Shown: positions 1 through 8,776 of the stretch, one piece after another
Layout: every line of letters starts with the position of its first letter
How positions within the stretch are numbered: position 1 is the stretch's first letter
DNA from: a virus
DNA: 64,000 bases
Strand: one strand, 5' to 3'
Virus record (IMG/VR): IMGVR_UViG_3300045988_159113
Notes under the pieces: generated by a model
Seen by the model: only the letters and a program-made list of their open reading frames with translations
Told to the model about the DNA's origin: nothing
Databases searched by the model: none
Made by a program: the position numbers and the translations under genes

Positions 1-408
1 AATATTATAAGGCAAGCTCTCAATTTAGGTTGTGATTTGAGTCTTACAAGAGACCCAAAGAGTTCGTACCTTTATTATCCTTACAATCCATTTATGACTA
101 GTAGTTCTACTTACTATGATAGTGAGCTCAACTCTGGTGAAATGGAAGTAATAGGTAAGATTAAGAGTGAAGGAGAGGAATATAATATTCTCGGAGGAAA
201 GGCTATTAATGGTAGCGACGGTGGTTTGGGTGGTTTCTGTTCTGATGATGGTATTGGTTTTGCTTATACCAATTTTGGCTTCCTTGGCTGTGCGTCTAAA
301 GAAATTGCCAAGCATTTCGGCAAGTACTTTGGAATGCTTATCACAACTGCGAAGTACGCTGATATTATTAAGGACTTCGAGGTTATAGAATCTAAATATA
401 TTATCTGA
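1..408 (+). CDS. hypothetical protein, 5'-truncated at window edge; paralog of 625..1281
   Basis: Frame 1 is open from nt 1 (NIIRQALNLGCDL...). It aligns with the C-terminal part of 625..1281 (YYPYNP, NSG..IGK.K.EG..YN.LGG, GCA(S/T)KEIA.HFGKYFGMLIT). TGA stop. Confidence 0.7.
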   Translation, partial: NIIRQALNLGCDLSLTRDPKSSYLYYPYNPFMTSSSTYYDSELNSGEMEVIGKIKSEGEEYNILGGKAINGSDGGLGGFCSDDGIGFAYTNFGFLGCASKEIAKHFGKYFGMLITTAKYADIIKDFEVIESKYII

Positions 409-409
409 G

Positions 410-523
410 ATGAGATTTTTAATATCAATTGTCGTAGGTGCTTTTGTTATAGCAGCTTCTGGCAGTCCATTTTGGGGGTTTGTAGCATTCTTTGTCTTTT
501 GGGTGATATCCGATAATGACTAG
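410..523 (+). CDS. possible 37-aa hydrophobic peptide (MRFLISIVVGAFVIAASGSPFWGFVAFFVFWVISDND)
   Basis: ATG lies 2 nt after the upstream stop. One transmembrane-like segment. A similar tiny hydrophobic ORF follows the paralog at 625..1281. Ends in TAG. Confidence 0.3.
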   Translation: MRFLISIVVGAFVIAASGSPFWGFVAFFVFWVISDND

Positions 524-600
524 ATTGTTATTTTTCCTTATAGCTTTTTATTTTAATGTCTACATATTTACTTTTTCCGTGATATGTTGGCTATTAGTTA

Positions 601-624
601 AAATAGATTAAAAAAAACAAAGAT
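601..624 (+). promoter_or_regulatory. conserved A-rich leader motif AAATAGATTAAAAAAAACAAAGAT directly upstream of the ATG
   Basis: Near-identical copy at 1668..1688 in front of an unrelated gene. No SD-like sequence. Confidence 0.4.
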
Positions 625-1281
625 ATGAAAACAAAAATAACTATCACTTTGGATCAGGCTAGATCTTGGTTTAGGAGTGGGAATGAGGAGCTCAGGGAAC
701 TTGCTCTTCAGGCATTTGGTAAAGATGCATTAGTGGGTAATTTTAGAGACATTACGACTTTCGAAAAGGCTTGTGAAGTTCTCGGGCTTCATCATATTGC
801 TCCTAATATTGATTTTATTGCCACTATGAGTGTAGCTTATGCTGCTATGTTAAAATTGAACATTATTAGACGTGCTTTGAATTTGGGCTACGACATGCAT
901 TTTGCAAAGAATCCAAGGAATTCCTTTCTTTACTATCCTTATAACCCTTTGGCAACAATACCTGAAGGTTGTAATTACTATAAAGAACAGATCAACTCTG
1001 GTATTTTTCAAATAATAGGTAAGGTTAAGATTGAAGGCGTTAAATATAACGTACTTGGTGGCGGTATTACCTATGATGTCAATAGCGGCTTAGGTGGTTT
1101 CAATTATCAGACTGGCATTTGCAGATGTAGGAGTGAAGTCAGCTTGTTTGGTTGTGCAACAAAAGAGATTGCCGAACATTTCGGAAAGTATTTCGGAATG
1201 CTTATCACCGAGGCAAAATATGGTGATTTGGACTTCGAGGTTATAGAATTATTTAATTTTAAATTTCACGAAAATGGGTGA
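625..1281 (+). CDS. hypothetical protein, full-length paralog of 1..408
   Basis: 218-aa ORF. Its C-terminal half is collinear with the ORF at 1..408. Confidence 0.75.
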   Translation: MKTKITITLDQARSWFRSGNEELRELALQAFGKDALVGNFRDITTFEKACEVLGLHHIAPNIDFIATMSVAYAAMLKLNIIRRALNLGYDMHFAKNPRNSFLYYPYNPLATIPEGCNYYKEQINSGIFQIIGKVKIEGVKYNVLGGGITYDVNSGLGGFNYQTGICRCRSEVSLFGCATKEIAEHFGKYFGMLITEAKYGDLDFEVIELFNFKFHENG

Positions 1282-1354
1282 TTGTGTTTGGTTTTTTCTT
1301 GTAGTAGGCACATTTATAGTTGCATTTATTTTAAGTGCATTTATGGATGATTAG
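1274..1354 (+). CDS. possible 26-aa hydrophobic peptide (MGDCVWFFLVVGTFIVAFILSAFMDD)
   Basis: Overlaps the stop of 625..1281. Same position and same character (transmembrane segment plus acidic end plus TAG) as 410..523. Confidence 0.25.
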   Translation: MGDCVWFFLVVGTFIVAFILSAFMDD

Positions 1355-1586
1355 GAAGTTCTACATGTTTGGTTATTACTGCATGGAAGATATCACTTTT
1401 AAGGTTGTGCGTAGTCCTCACGGTTTAACGTACAACCTTATGTGTTATTATTACGATGATTTTCGTTGGTTCCAGTGTGGTATATTACTAACCAATTCAG
1501 AAGGTGAGAGATATGAGTGTTATGATTACGAAGAGGCCATTGGTGAGGTCAGATATAACAATGATCCGCTAGGTGTCCATGGTTAA
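1347..1586 (+). CDS. hypothetical protein
   Basis: ORF 1335..1586. First in-frame ATG is at 1347 (GTG at 1335 is an alternative). Confidence 0.45.
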   Translation: MIRKFYMFGYYCMEDITFKVVRSPHGLTYNLMCYYYDDFRWFQCGILLTNSEGERYECYDYEEAIGEVRYNNDPLGVHG

Positions 1587-1667
1587 AATGGGAGATGCGT
1601 CCTATTCATGGTATGTCTTATAACATGGAATATTTCTTTCCCAGTGTGAGAGATAAATTCAAGATAT

Positions 1668-1688
1668 AAATAGATTAAAAAAACAAAG
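1668..1688 (+). promoter_or_regulatory. second copy of leader motif AAATAGATTAAAAAAACAAAG(AT)
   Basis: Matches 601..624 with one A fewer. Abuts the ATG at 1689. Confidence 0.4.
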
Positions 1689-2468
1689 ATGAAGATTTTA
1701 GAAGATTGTGAGATGATTGTGGATGGTCATATTCTCCACAGGATTCAGGCTGACCGTGACATACCGTTTCATGGCGTCAAGGTTGGTAATATAGGTGGTT
1801 GGGTTGAAAAACCCAGCAATCTACAAGACGATGCATGGGTTACTGGCTACCTGTATGGTGATGCTGTAGCCGATGGCAATGCATTGATTGAGGGCAAGGT
1901 ATTTGGTAATGCTTACGTTCAGAAGAACGCAAGGATTGGTCAGTATGCCAAAGTTTTCGACAATGCGAATATTGGTGGTGATGCGCAGATTAGTGGTCAT
2001 GCTGTAGTGTGTGGTAATGCTAGAGTCAGTGATCACGCTGTCATTATGGATTATGCTGTAATATGCGGCAATGCTAAGGTATATAGTGGCGCCAAAGTGT
2101 ACGATTTTGTCACTGTTAGCGGTGATGCTTGTATTTTCGGTGATTCAAGTCTTAGGGATAATGTAATCGTTGAAGGTAATGTTACAATAGGCAATCACGT
2201 CATCATCAAGGATAGAGTTATTGTTAAGGGTTATGGCTACATAACCAATTATACCCATATTGAAGGCAACTTGGTCATAAATGGTGAAGATCCTGATTTT
2301 CGTCTGTCTTTCCCTTGTACTTTAAAAGGTAAGTGTGAGATTAAGAGCAACGATGACATTATCTTCATTACCAACGGTGAGATGAGTTACGTGTACATCA
2401 AGCCAATGAACAAGGGCTTTGGTAATCCTGCCGTATTACAAAAGGTAAGAGAACTATGTATAGGATAA
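1689..2468 (+). CDS. left-handed beta-helix (hexapeptide-repeat) protein, paralog 1 of 3
   Basis: N-terminal G(H)ILHRI.A....GGWVE..SNL.D.AWV, followed by about 20 six-residue repeats of the type (V/I).G.A. Confidence 0.8.
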   Translation: MKILEDCEMIVDGHILHRIQADRDIPFHGVKVGNIGGWVEKPSNLQDDAWVTGYLYGDAVADGNALIEGKVFGNAYVQKNARIGQYAKVFDNANIGGDAQISGHAVVCGNARVSDHAVIMDYAVICGNAKVYSGAKVYDFVTVSGDACIFGDSSLRDNVIVEGNVTIGNHVIIKDRVIVKGYGYITNYTHIEGNLVINGEDPDFRLSFPCTLKGKCEIKSNDDIIFITNGEMSYVYIKPMNKGFGNPAVLQKVRELCIG

Positions 2469-3337
2469 TAGAGAGCGCCGTGCATAACGGTCACCTACTC
2501 CACAGAATAGAAGCCATGAGTACCATGTGTTTTGGTAATTTTATTATCAAACCTGGTACCAAGGGTGGTTGGATTGAGAGTGAAAGCAACCTGGGCGAAA
2601 CTGCCTGGGTTGCTGACAATGCCATGGTTTACGATGACGCTGTTGTTAGTGATCATGCTGTGATCTACGGCAATGCTGTTGTCAAAGACTGCGCAAAGGT
2701 GTATGGTTATGCGAAAATAGGCGATAAGGCCATCGTTCGTGATCACGCTAAGGTTTTCGGGAATGCGAGAGTTATAGGCGAAGCTATCGTTAGTGATGAA
2801 GCTGTTATCTCTGACTCTGCCACTATTATGGAATCTGCTATTGTTAGTGATAAGGCAAAAGTGTTGTGCCATGCTGTCATCACTGATGAAACCACCATTT
2901 GTGGTGAGGCTGTTATTGGTGGAAATACCAACATTAGCGATAGTGCTACTGTTTACGGTAAGGTTATGGGTTATGCCATGGTATATGGTAATGCTCGTGT
3001 TAACAAGAATGCGAGGATTAGTAATCATGCTATAATCTATAACAACGCTTGTATAAATGGTAAAGTAGGCGGCAGTGCTGTTGTAGCTGGTGTTGTCTAC
3101 GGATCCGTGAAAGGCAGCTGTACTCTTGGTCCCGATGTCATTATTGGCGAAAACGTGGATTTTGACTGTAGTGTCAGCATCTCTGAAAAACTAGCACTGG
3201 AAAGCAACGATGATTTCGTATATGTTCGTTGTGGTTCTGGCAAGTTCTTGTATGTTAAATCAAAAGACCGGTTTTTCGGGGAATTCCCAAATAGGGATGA
3301 ATCTGAGAGAATTAAAAAGATAATAAAAACGATATGA
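2456..3337 (+). CDS. left-handed beta-helix (hexapeptide-repeat) protein, paralog 2 of 3
   Basis: GHLLHRIEA...KGGWIESESNL.ETAWV, then a strict 6-residue period (VYGDAV VSDHAV IYGNAV VKDCAK ...). Confidence 0.8.
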   Translation: MYRIIESAVHNGHLLHRIEAMSTMCFGNFIIKPGTKGGWIESESNLGETAWVADNAMVYDDAVVSDHAVIYGNAVVKDCAKVYGYAKIGDKAIVRDHAKVFGNARVIGEAIVSDEAVISDSATIMESAIVSDKAKVLCHAVITDETTICGEAVIGGNTNISDSATVYGKVMGYAMVYGNARVNKNARISNHAIIYNNACINGKVGGSAVVAGVVYGSVKGSCTLGPDVIIGENVDFDCSVSISEKLALESNDDFVYVRCGSGKFLYVKSKDRFFGEFPNRDESERIKKIIKTI

Positions 3338-3645
3338 AGGCTTTAAGAAATTCAGGTTATAGATACCTGAAGTATAGAGTCTATGGTAAACCGTTGGGTT
3401 ATGGTATATTGGGCGCTCATGTATCCGATAATACCATAACCCTTTCGCTTATTATAAAGGATAACAACAGGGAAAATATAATCTGGAAGAGTGCAGAACG
3501 AGAGTTTCACGATTATCAATCTTGTGTTGATGCCATCAAGGATTGCGAAGCTGAGATTTTTGATAAGTCTCCTATCGCTTTTCAGATGAACAAAGACGTG
3601 AGATATGATTTCGAGGAAAATCCAGATGTTAATTGTGAAATATGA
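3334..3645 (+). CDS. hypothetical protein
   Basis: 103-aa ORF with ATGA-type coupling on both sides. Confidence 0.6.
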   Translation: MKALRNSGYRYLKYRVYGKPLGYGILGAHVSDNTITLSLIIKDNNRENIIWKSAEREFHDYQSCVDAIKDCEAEIFDKSPIAFQMNKDVRYDFEENPDVNCEI

Positions 3646-4214
3646 AAAGATTCATTATAAAAAACGCAGACGGGACTCAGCAGTATGTGATGCCTGCTGT
3701 ACATGATACAAGAAAAAAAGCTGAGGAAACTTTGATGGGTTACATCCATAGCCGCAACAAATTTACTGAGGAATATTTGTCTTTGTTTGACTTCATTATT
3801 GAAGTGGAAAAATGTGATGAACCAAGTAAAATCATTCCAGACTTTGAACAAGCAAAACAGGTCATAGGCTCTGCCGAATTTGTTCTTGCAAAAGAGTCTT
3901 TTTGTTTTCGCGATGTTGAGATTAATTACAAACACCTGACGTCTTTGATTGCCATAAACCAATTATTTAACATTGCTGAAGCATGGAATAAGTTAGATGA
4001 GTTCGTGCCTAATCTCTCGAATAGTTCTCAAAAGAAATGGTTTCCATGGTTCAAATATAGCAAGAATACCGAAAGATTTGTGTATGCTGGCGTAAGTTGT
4101 TCGCCAGTAAGTATTACTGCAGATTTTGGTGTTCATGTCTGTTTTAAATCACGTGAACGCGCACAACAATTTGGAATGCAATTTGTTGATTTATTCGACA
4201 AAGCGTTCCAGTAA
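3642..4214 (+). CDS. hypothetical protein, MKR(F/Y)IIKN family paralog 1 of 3
   Basis: Shares MKRFIIKN.DGT.Q.VMPA.H.TRK, AWN.LD.FVPN.SN, KWFP and CFK(S/T)RERA.QFG.QFVDL with the next two ORFs. Confidence 0.75.
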   Translation: MKRFIIKNADGTQQYVMPAVHDTRKKAEETLMGYIHSRNKFTEEYLSLFDFIIEVEKCDEPSKIIPDFEQAKQVIGSAEFVLAKESFCFRDVEINYKHLTSLIAINQLFNIAEAWNKLDEFVPNLSNSSQKKWFPWFKYSKNTERFVYAGVSCSPVSITADFGVHVCFKSRERAQQFGMQFVDLFDKAFQ

Positions 4215-4226
4215 CAAGAATAAGTT

Positions 4227-4811
4227 ATGAAAAGATATATTATCAAGAACGAGGATGGTACTACACAAACAGTAATGCCTGCAATTCATAATACTCGCAA
4301 GGAAGCATTGCTGACTATCTTGCAATATGCAACTGAAGTTGTAAAACGTGATAAGGATGATAGTCGCATTGAAATTCCTGTGGACTATATGGTTGATGAA
4401 ATTGATGAGGTGGATGCGAATGATTGTATACCAAATTTCAAAGCTGCAAAACAGCTTATAGGATCATCAAAATTTATTCTCGCAGAAGATTCATATTGTT
4501 TTTCAGGTATTGAATTTAACATTGTACATACTAGAGCACTAGTTGCATTAAATAAGTTGTTTACTATTGCGCAAGCATGGAATATGTTAGATAATTTTGT
4601 GCCGAATTTTTCAAATTACGAACAATGCAAGTGGTTTCCTTGTTTCGAGTATAATAAGGATACTAAAGAGTTTGTTTTTGATAAAGCGCGTTATGCACTT
4701 TCATATACTAATGCGCCTACTCAACTTCGCCTTTGCTTCAGAACAGAAAAACGTGCGGAGCAGTTCGGAAGACAATTTGTTGATCTTTACAACCAAGTAT
4801 TTTTGTTATGA
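4227..4811 (+). CDS. hypothetical protein, MKR(F/Y)IIKN family paralog 2 of 3
   Basis: Collinear with 3642..4214 and 4808..5398. Confidence 0.75.
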   Translation: MKRYIIKNEDGTTQTVMPAIHNTRKEALLTILQYATEVVKRDKDDSRIEIPVDYMVDEIDEVDANDCIPNFKAAKQLIGSSKFILAEDSYCFSGIEFNIVHTRALVALNKLFTIAQAWNMLDNFVPNFSNYEQCKWFPCFEYNKDTKEFVFDKARYALSYTNAPTQLRLCFRTEKRAEQFGRQFVDLYNQVFLL

Positions 4812-5398
4812 AAAAATATATTATCAAAAATAAAGACGGTAGTGAGCAGACAGGAATGCCTGAATTTTATGACACTCGTAAGAAAGCATGGTTGGCTATC
4901 TTGGACTATGTGGAAGACGATAGTCATATTGAAGACTATATAGTCGAAGAGGTAGATATGAAAGATGTGAACGAGTACATAACAGATTTTGAAAAAGCAA
5001 GACAAGTACTTGAACTTAAACCAAACATTAGTTTTAGTGTTATTAATGATTTAAGAAGAGATAGTGCTGTATTGCATGAAAAGATTTCAAGATTTGCAAA
5101 AGAGATAAACCCAAAGTATCTTGATGCACTGATTGCTTTGAATAAGCTATTCACTATTGCTGAAGCGTGGAACAAATTAGATGGCTTTGTGCCTGATTTC
5201 TCTAATTGGTCACAAAACAAATGGACTCCATTGTTTGGACAGACAACTTCAACTAAGAGATTAAAGCTCTCTACAACTTGTATGTTTACTGAGGTGAATG
5301 AAAGTTTCGGTCCTCGACTTTGCTTCAAAACACGTGAACGTGCATGGCAGTTTGGAACTCAGTTCTTAGATTTATATAATCAAGTATTTTTGTCATGA
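4808..5398 (+). CDS. hypothetical protein, MKR(F/Y)IIKN family paralog 3 of 3
   Basis: Collinear with the two upstream paralogs. ATGA coupling at both ends. Confidence 0.75.
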   Translation: MKKYIIKNKDGSEQTGMPEFYDTRKKAWLAILDYVEDDSHIEDYIVEEVDMKDVNEYITDFEKARQVLELKPNISFSVINDLRRDSAVLHEKISRFAKEINPKYLDALIALNKLFTIAEAWNKLDGFVPDFSNWSQNKWTPLFGQTTSTKRLKLSTTCMFTEVNESFGPRLCFKTRERAWQFGTQFLDLYNQVFLS

Positions 5399-6252
5399 GA
5401 TACAAGATAACTGATGAGACCCTCAAGATGGGTGATCTCACATTGCATAGGATCGAAGCCACCGAACGCTTCAGTGTTGGCGATCATTTCGTCATACCTG
5501 GAGACAAAGGTGGCTGGATTGAGAAGGAATCAAACCTTCAAGAGAACGCATGGGTAGATGGTGATGGCCTGGTCTATGGCGATGCTGTCGTTACTGGCAA
5601 TGCTAGGATATTTGACAACGGCACTATTCGTGATAATGCTAAGGTCTATGGCAACGCTATTGTCAGGGGTTGTTCCAAGGTTATGGATAATGCCTGCATA
5701 TGCCAAAATGCCCAGGTTTCTGGCTATACTATCATAAGAAATGACGCTATGATATCTGGCAATGCCAAGGTCATAAACTGCGCTGAAGTTTCTAACAGTG
5801 CGCGTGTGTGTGGTCATGCTCTCGTCAGTTCAAACGCCAAAGTCAGTGATAGTGCCATTGTATGTGGTAATGCCATGGTTCGTGGTCATGCTAAGGTTAG
5901 AGGATATGCTGAAGTAAGTGGTGATGCTCTTGTTCACAGCTATGCAACAATCAGTGATCATGCTATCGTTACTGATTCTGCTAAGATCGGACAGAATTGC
6001 ACCATTATGGACTATGCTTTTATTGGCGGCTCTGCCGAGTTGGAAGAAGTAACTGTCAAAGGATTTGTGAGGTTTGACCTGCCTGTCACTATTAATAGGC
6101 ATGTAACCTTGTTTGATTCTATAACCTTGTTTGATTCTAATGATTTCGTAAGTGTAATCTTACAAGGTAAGGCTTACGTTTACATTAAATCAATTGACAC
6201 CTGGTTCTCGACTCCGCCTTTGAATATTAAAGATTCAATCGAAAAATTATGA
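5395..6252 (+). CDS. left-handed beta-helix (hexapeptide-repeat) protein, paralog 3 of 3
   Basis: LTLHRIEA...KGGWIEKESNLQENAWV plus hexapeptide repeats. Confidence 0.8.
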   Translation: MRYKITDETLKMGDLTLHRIEATERFSVGDHFVIPGDKGGWIEKESNLQENAWVDGDGLVYGDAVVTGNARIFDNGTIRDNAKVYGNAIVRGCSKVMDNACICQNAQVSGYTIIRNDAMISGNAKVINCAEVSNSARVCGHALVSSNAKVSDSAIVCGNAMVRGHAKVRGYAEVSGDALVHSYATISDHAIVTDSAKIGQNCTIMDYAFIGGSAELEEVTVKGFVRFDLPVTINRHVTLFDSITLFDSNDFVSVILQGKAYVYIKSIDTWFSTPPLNIKDSIEKL

Positions 6253-6296
6253 AGTACAAGTATACGTCTTGATGATCGGTTTAGGAAATAGAAGAT

Positions 6297-6377
6297 ATGA
6301 TCGTTTTATTTGTTATAGCAATTATTTTGCTGGAGTTCTACCTATTGATTAATATGGAGGACGAATTGAGGAAATGA
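6297..6377 (+). CDS. possible 26-aa hydrophobic peptide (MIVLFVIAIILLEFYLLINMEDELRK)
   Basis: Single transmembrane-like segment. Its TGA overlaps the sigma-factor ATG (AATGA). Confidence 0.25.
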   Translation: MIVLFVIAIILLEFYLLINMEDELRK

Positions 6378-7051
6378 GAAAGTTAAAGATCGGGAACATG
6401 CGTTCCTTTGCTCGTGACGATTGGTGGCTTCATGAGTCTAACAAATACAAACCAGTTTCTGCGGAGGAAGAGGCAAGCCTCAGTAGGGATAAGTTGATAG
6501 AGCACAACCTCCGCTTCGCTATTAGCGTTGCCAAGCAGTATGCCTATACCAACATCCCTATCGAGGACCTCATCCAATACGCGAATATTGGTCTTGTCAA
6601 GGCTGCTGATCTATGGGATCCCACGCGTGGATTCAAGTTCATCAGCTATGCTGTCTGGTGGATCAGGCAAACTATCATGGCGAATGTCAAAAATTCTATC
6701 GTTAGTATGCCTATCAACCAGTGGCGAGCTCTTAACACAGAACATAGAGAGCTCGAAAAGAAAAGTCAGGAGGATGAATTCCTTTATGACTCTTGTGTCC
6801 CAAGAAAGGTTGGCTTTGAGGATTGGATGGTTGGTTCTTATGAAGAAGAAAAAGGGACTATGTACACCTTCGAGCAGCTGATTTCCAAGCTCACGAAAAG
6901 AGAGCAGGATATCATCAGGAAAAGGTATGTAGATAACCGGACCCAATGCGACATTGCCGAGAGTATGGGATGCACACGTGAGAATGTGCGAAGTATTGAG
7001 TCAAAAGCTTTAAGAAAGCTAAGGCGAATGTTAAAACATCGAGATTTATGA
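6374..7051 (+). CDS. sigma-70 family RNA polymerase sigma factor
   Basis: Region 2: NLRFAISVAKQY...DLIQYANIGLVKAADLWDPTRGFKFISYAVWWIRQTI. Region 4 HTH: QCDIAESMGCTRENVRSIESKALRKLR. Confidence 0.8.
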   Translation: MRKLKIGNMRSFARDDWWLHESNKYKPVSAEEEASLSRDKLIEHNLRFAISVAKQYAYTNIPIEDLIQYANIGLVKAADLWDPTRGFKFISYAVWWIRQTIMANVKNSIVSMPINQWRALNTEHRELEKKSQEDEFLYDSCVPRKVGFEDWMVGSYEEEKGTMYTFEQLISKLTKREQDIIRKRYVDNRTQCDIAESMGCTRENVRSIESKALRKLRRMLKHRDL

Positions 7052-7584
7052 AAGTCAAAGAATTAAGACCTATATTGGAGCATCTTGATGGCGATATCGA
7101 GGTTGAATTCGCAATCGCATACCAACAAGAAGCTCCCAAAAATCAAGAGACTCACAAAAACGAGTTCCGTGATAACTACCGAACTTGTGGAAGCTACACT
7201 TTTGGTCATGCAAAATTCATAACAGATCCTCAAGGTTTGAGTGTTGAGTGTTGGCCAATCTATAATTCAAAAGGGCTCCTTGGTTACCTTCGCAAAACAA
7301 ATATCATATCGATATGTGACCAGAACCAAGCGAGGATAAAAGGTTTTAAATATTGGAAACGAGTTTCTCGTCATGAGGATCAGCTCCTCCAAGCAATCGT
7401 TGATTTTGTTTGTGTAGAATATGACAGCTACAGGAAAGAGTTTCAGACTCTATTCACTTTAGAGGATGACTGGTACTTTGCTATAGATGACTATCCAGAA
7501 TTCGATGATGAAGAAGAAGAGGAGGATTATTGGAATACTTATCACGACAAAGGTATTGTTCCCCTTGTTTATTTCGTAAAGTAA
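7048..7584 (+). CDS. hypothetical protein, paralog of 7665..8261
   Basis: Shares MKV(K/R)(E/D)L...L, CWPI.NS.GL.GYLRK, F(K/R)YWK.VS.HE..LL..I..F and PLVYF. Confidence 0.7.
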   Translation: MKVKELRPILEHLDGDIEVEFAIAYQQEAPKNQETHKNEFRDNYRTCGSYTFGHAKFITDPQGLSVECWPIYNSKGLLGYLRKTNIISICDQNQARIKGFKYWKRVSRHEDQLLQAIVDFVCVEYDSYRKEFQTLFTLEDDWYFAIDDYPEFDDEEEEEDYWNTYHDKGIVPLVYFVK

Positions 7585-7601
7585 AAATCGGCAAACTGCC
7601 G

Positions 7602-7650
7602 TTTTCATATTTTCATTCATTTCATTTCATTCATTTATTCATTAATTTCA
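7602..7650. repeat. imperfect TTCAT(T) microsatellite-like tract in an intergenic leader
   Basis: ttttcatattttcattcatttcatttcattcatttattcattaatttca, lying between the two paralogs. Confidence 0.6.
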
Positions 7651-7664
7651 AAAACATTACTAAA

Positions 7665-8261
7665 ATGAAAGTAAGAGATTTGAAGAGCCTGCTGGCAGGC
7701 GTAGACGAGAACCTTGAGGTTGGTATCAGCTACTGGGACTTTACCCTTTTCTTGAAGGGCGCCGGAGTCAAGAATGACATGTTCCATCTTGAGTTTGGCG
7801 ATACAAGACCAGAGGCAGGACCAACTCCTGGACATGAAATTTCGACCGCTACGACCAACATCAACAGCAACGAGACAGAGGACGATGCGCCCGTTCCAGA
7901 GGATGAAGAACAGCCTATTTCTGATTCTGCAGAGTACACTATCGGTGCTTTGACTACTGTATCAGACCCCAATGGCAATGAGATCAAGTGCTGGCCAATC
8001 AGCAACTCCGCAGGCCTGGTTGGCTACCTTCGCAAGAAGGATCTGCTCCAGGAGCGCACATCTAGTGAGGCAGCATCTCGCAATACAGCATTCAGATACT
8101 GGAAGCTGGTGAGCAACCACGAGATTGCTTTGCTCAGAACTATCAGGAATTTCATCGCTGATGAGCTCAGTATGAGCGCCCGCCTGTGGACTACTGAAGG
8201 TACACTGTACGGTGAGGCCGGAACAAGCGTCGCACCTTTGGTTTATTTTCCTGAGGTATAA
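7665..8261 (+). CDS. hypothetical protein, paralog of 7048..7584
   Basis: Start moved to the ATG at 7665 (MKVRDLKSLL), which parallels the MKVKELRPIL start of the paralog. Upstream part of ORF 7530.. is the low-complexity TTCAT tract. Confidence 0.7.
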   Translation: MKVRDLKSLLAGVDENLEVGISYWDFTLFLKGAGVKNDMFHLEFGDTRPEAGPTPGHEISTATTNINSNETEDDAPVPEDEEQPISDSAEYTIGALTTVSDPNGNEIKCWPISNSAGLVGYLRKKDLLQERTSSEAASRNTAFRYWKLVSNHEIALLRTIRNFIADELSMSARLWTTEGTLYGEAGTSVAPLVYFPEV

Positions 8262-8269
8262 CTAAGGAT

Positions 8270-8295
8270 GCCCTCCTTCGGGAGGGCTCCTTTTT
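8270..8295 (+). terminator. rho-independent terminator
   Basis: GCCCTCC-ttcg-GGAGGGC stem-loop, then tcc, then a T5 run. Confidence 0.75.
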
Positions 8296-8309
8296 AAAAA
8301 AAAAGAAAG

Positions 8310-8567
8310 ATGATTCACACTGCAGAAATAAAACGTGGCGATGATGTTCTTGACACAATCCACGTATTAGATACTCCTATAGCGGATGTTATAATCTGCC
8401 AGGAAGCGAGCCATTTTTTCGCAGGATTTACAGCTCTACCTTGGGAGGAATACATCGAAAAAATCGATGGTATTATCGTGACAGTAGATGGTGAGTTCTT
8501 CGGAGACTCTGGGCCTTTCTTTGTTGCGAAAGAGCAATATGAAGATTTCAAAAAGAAAATAAGATGA
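8310..8567 (+). CDS. hypothetical protein
   Basis: 85-aa ORF with an A-rich leader. Coupled to the next ORF. Confidence 0.6.
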   Translation: MIHTAEIKRGDDVLDTIHVLDTPIADVIICQEASHFFAGFTALPWEEYIEKIDGIIVTVDGEFFGDSGPFFVAKEQYEDFKKKIR

Positions 8568-8776
8568 TCACAGTTTTAAGTTTCCGAAAAAGTGATGGTC
8601 GCACTGAAACCATCAGTATTCAGTCTAACGGGATCAACCTGGCAACTATGATTCAGGATGCCGTGACAAGACTGGTAGACTTCAAGATGCTAAACAAGAA
8701 GTCAGAAGTGAAAGCAGGAGACCATGGGCACTTGACCTATGAGTCTGAGGAGTTTATCGTAAATGCCACGTACTGA
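8564..8776 (+). CDS. hypothetical protein
   Basis: 70-aa ORF with ATGA coupling. Confidence 0.55.
   Translation: MITVLSFRKSDGRTETISIQSNGINLATMIQDAVTRLVDFKMLNKKSEVKAGDHGHLTYESEEFIVNATY

Noticed and set aside
1821-6102. Long minus-strand ORFs inside the beta-helix genes (1821..2036, 2495..3028, 2743..2934, 5530..5817, 5830..6102) and the alternate-frame + ORF 2793..3035
   Set aside because: They are mirror or shifted readings of the 18-nt hexapeptide periodicity. They give low-complexity I/T/N/S-rich translations, and they fully overlap + strand genes with clear family signatures.
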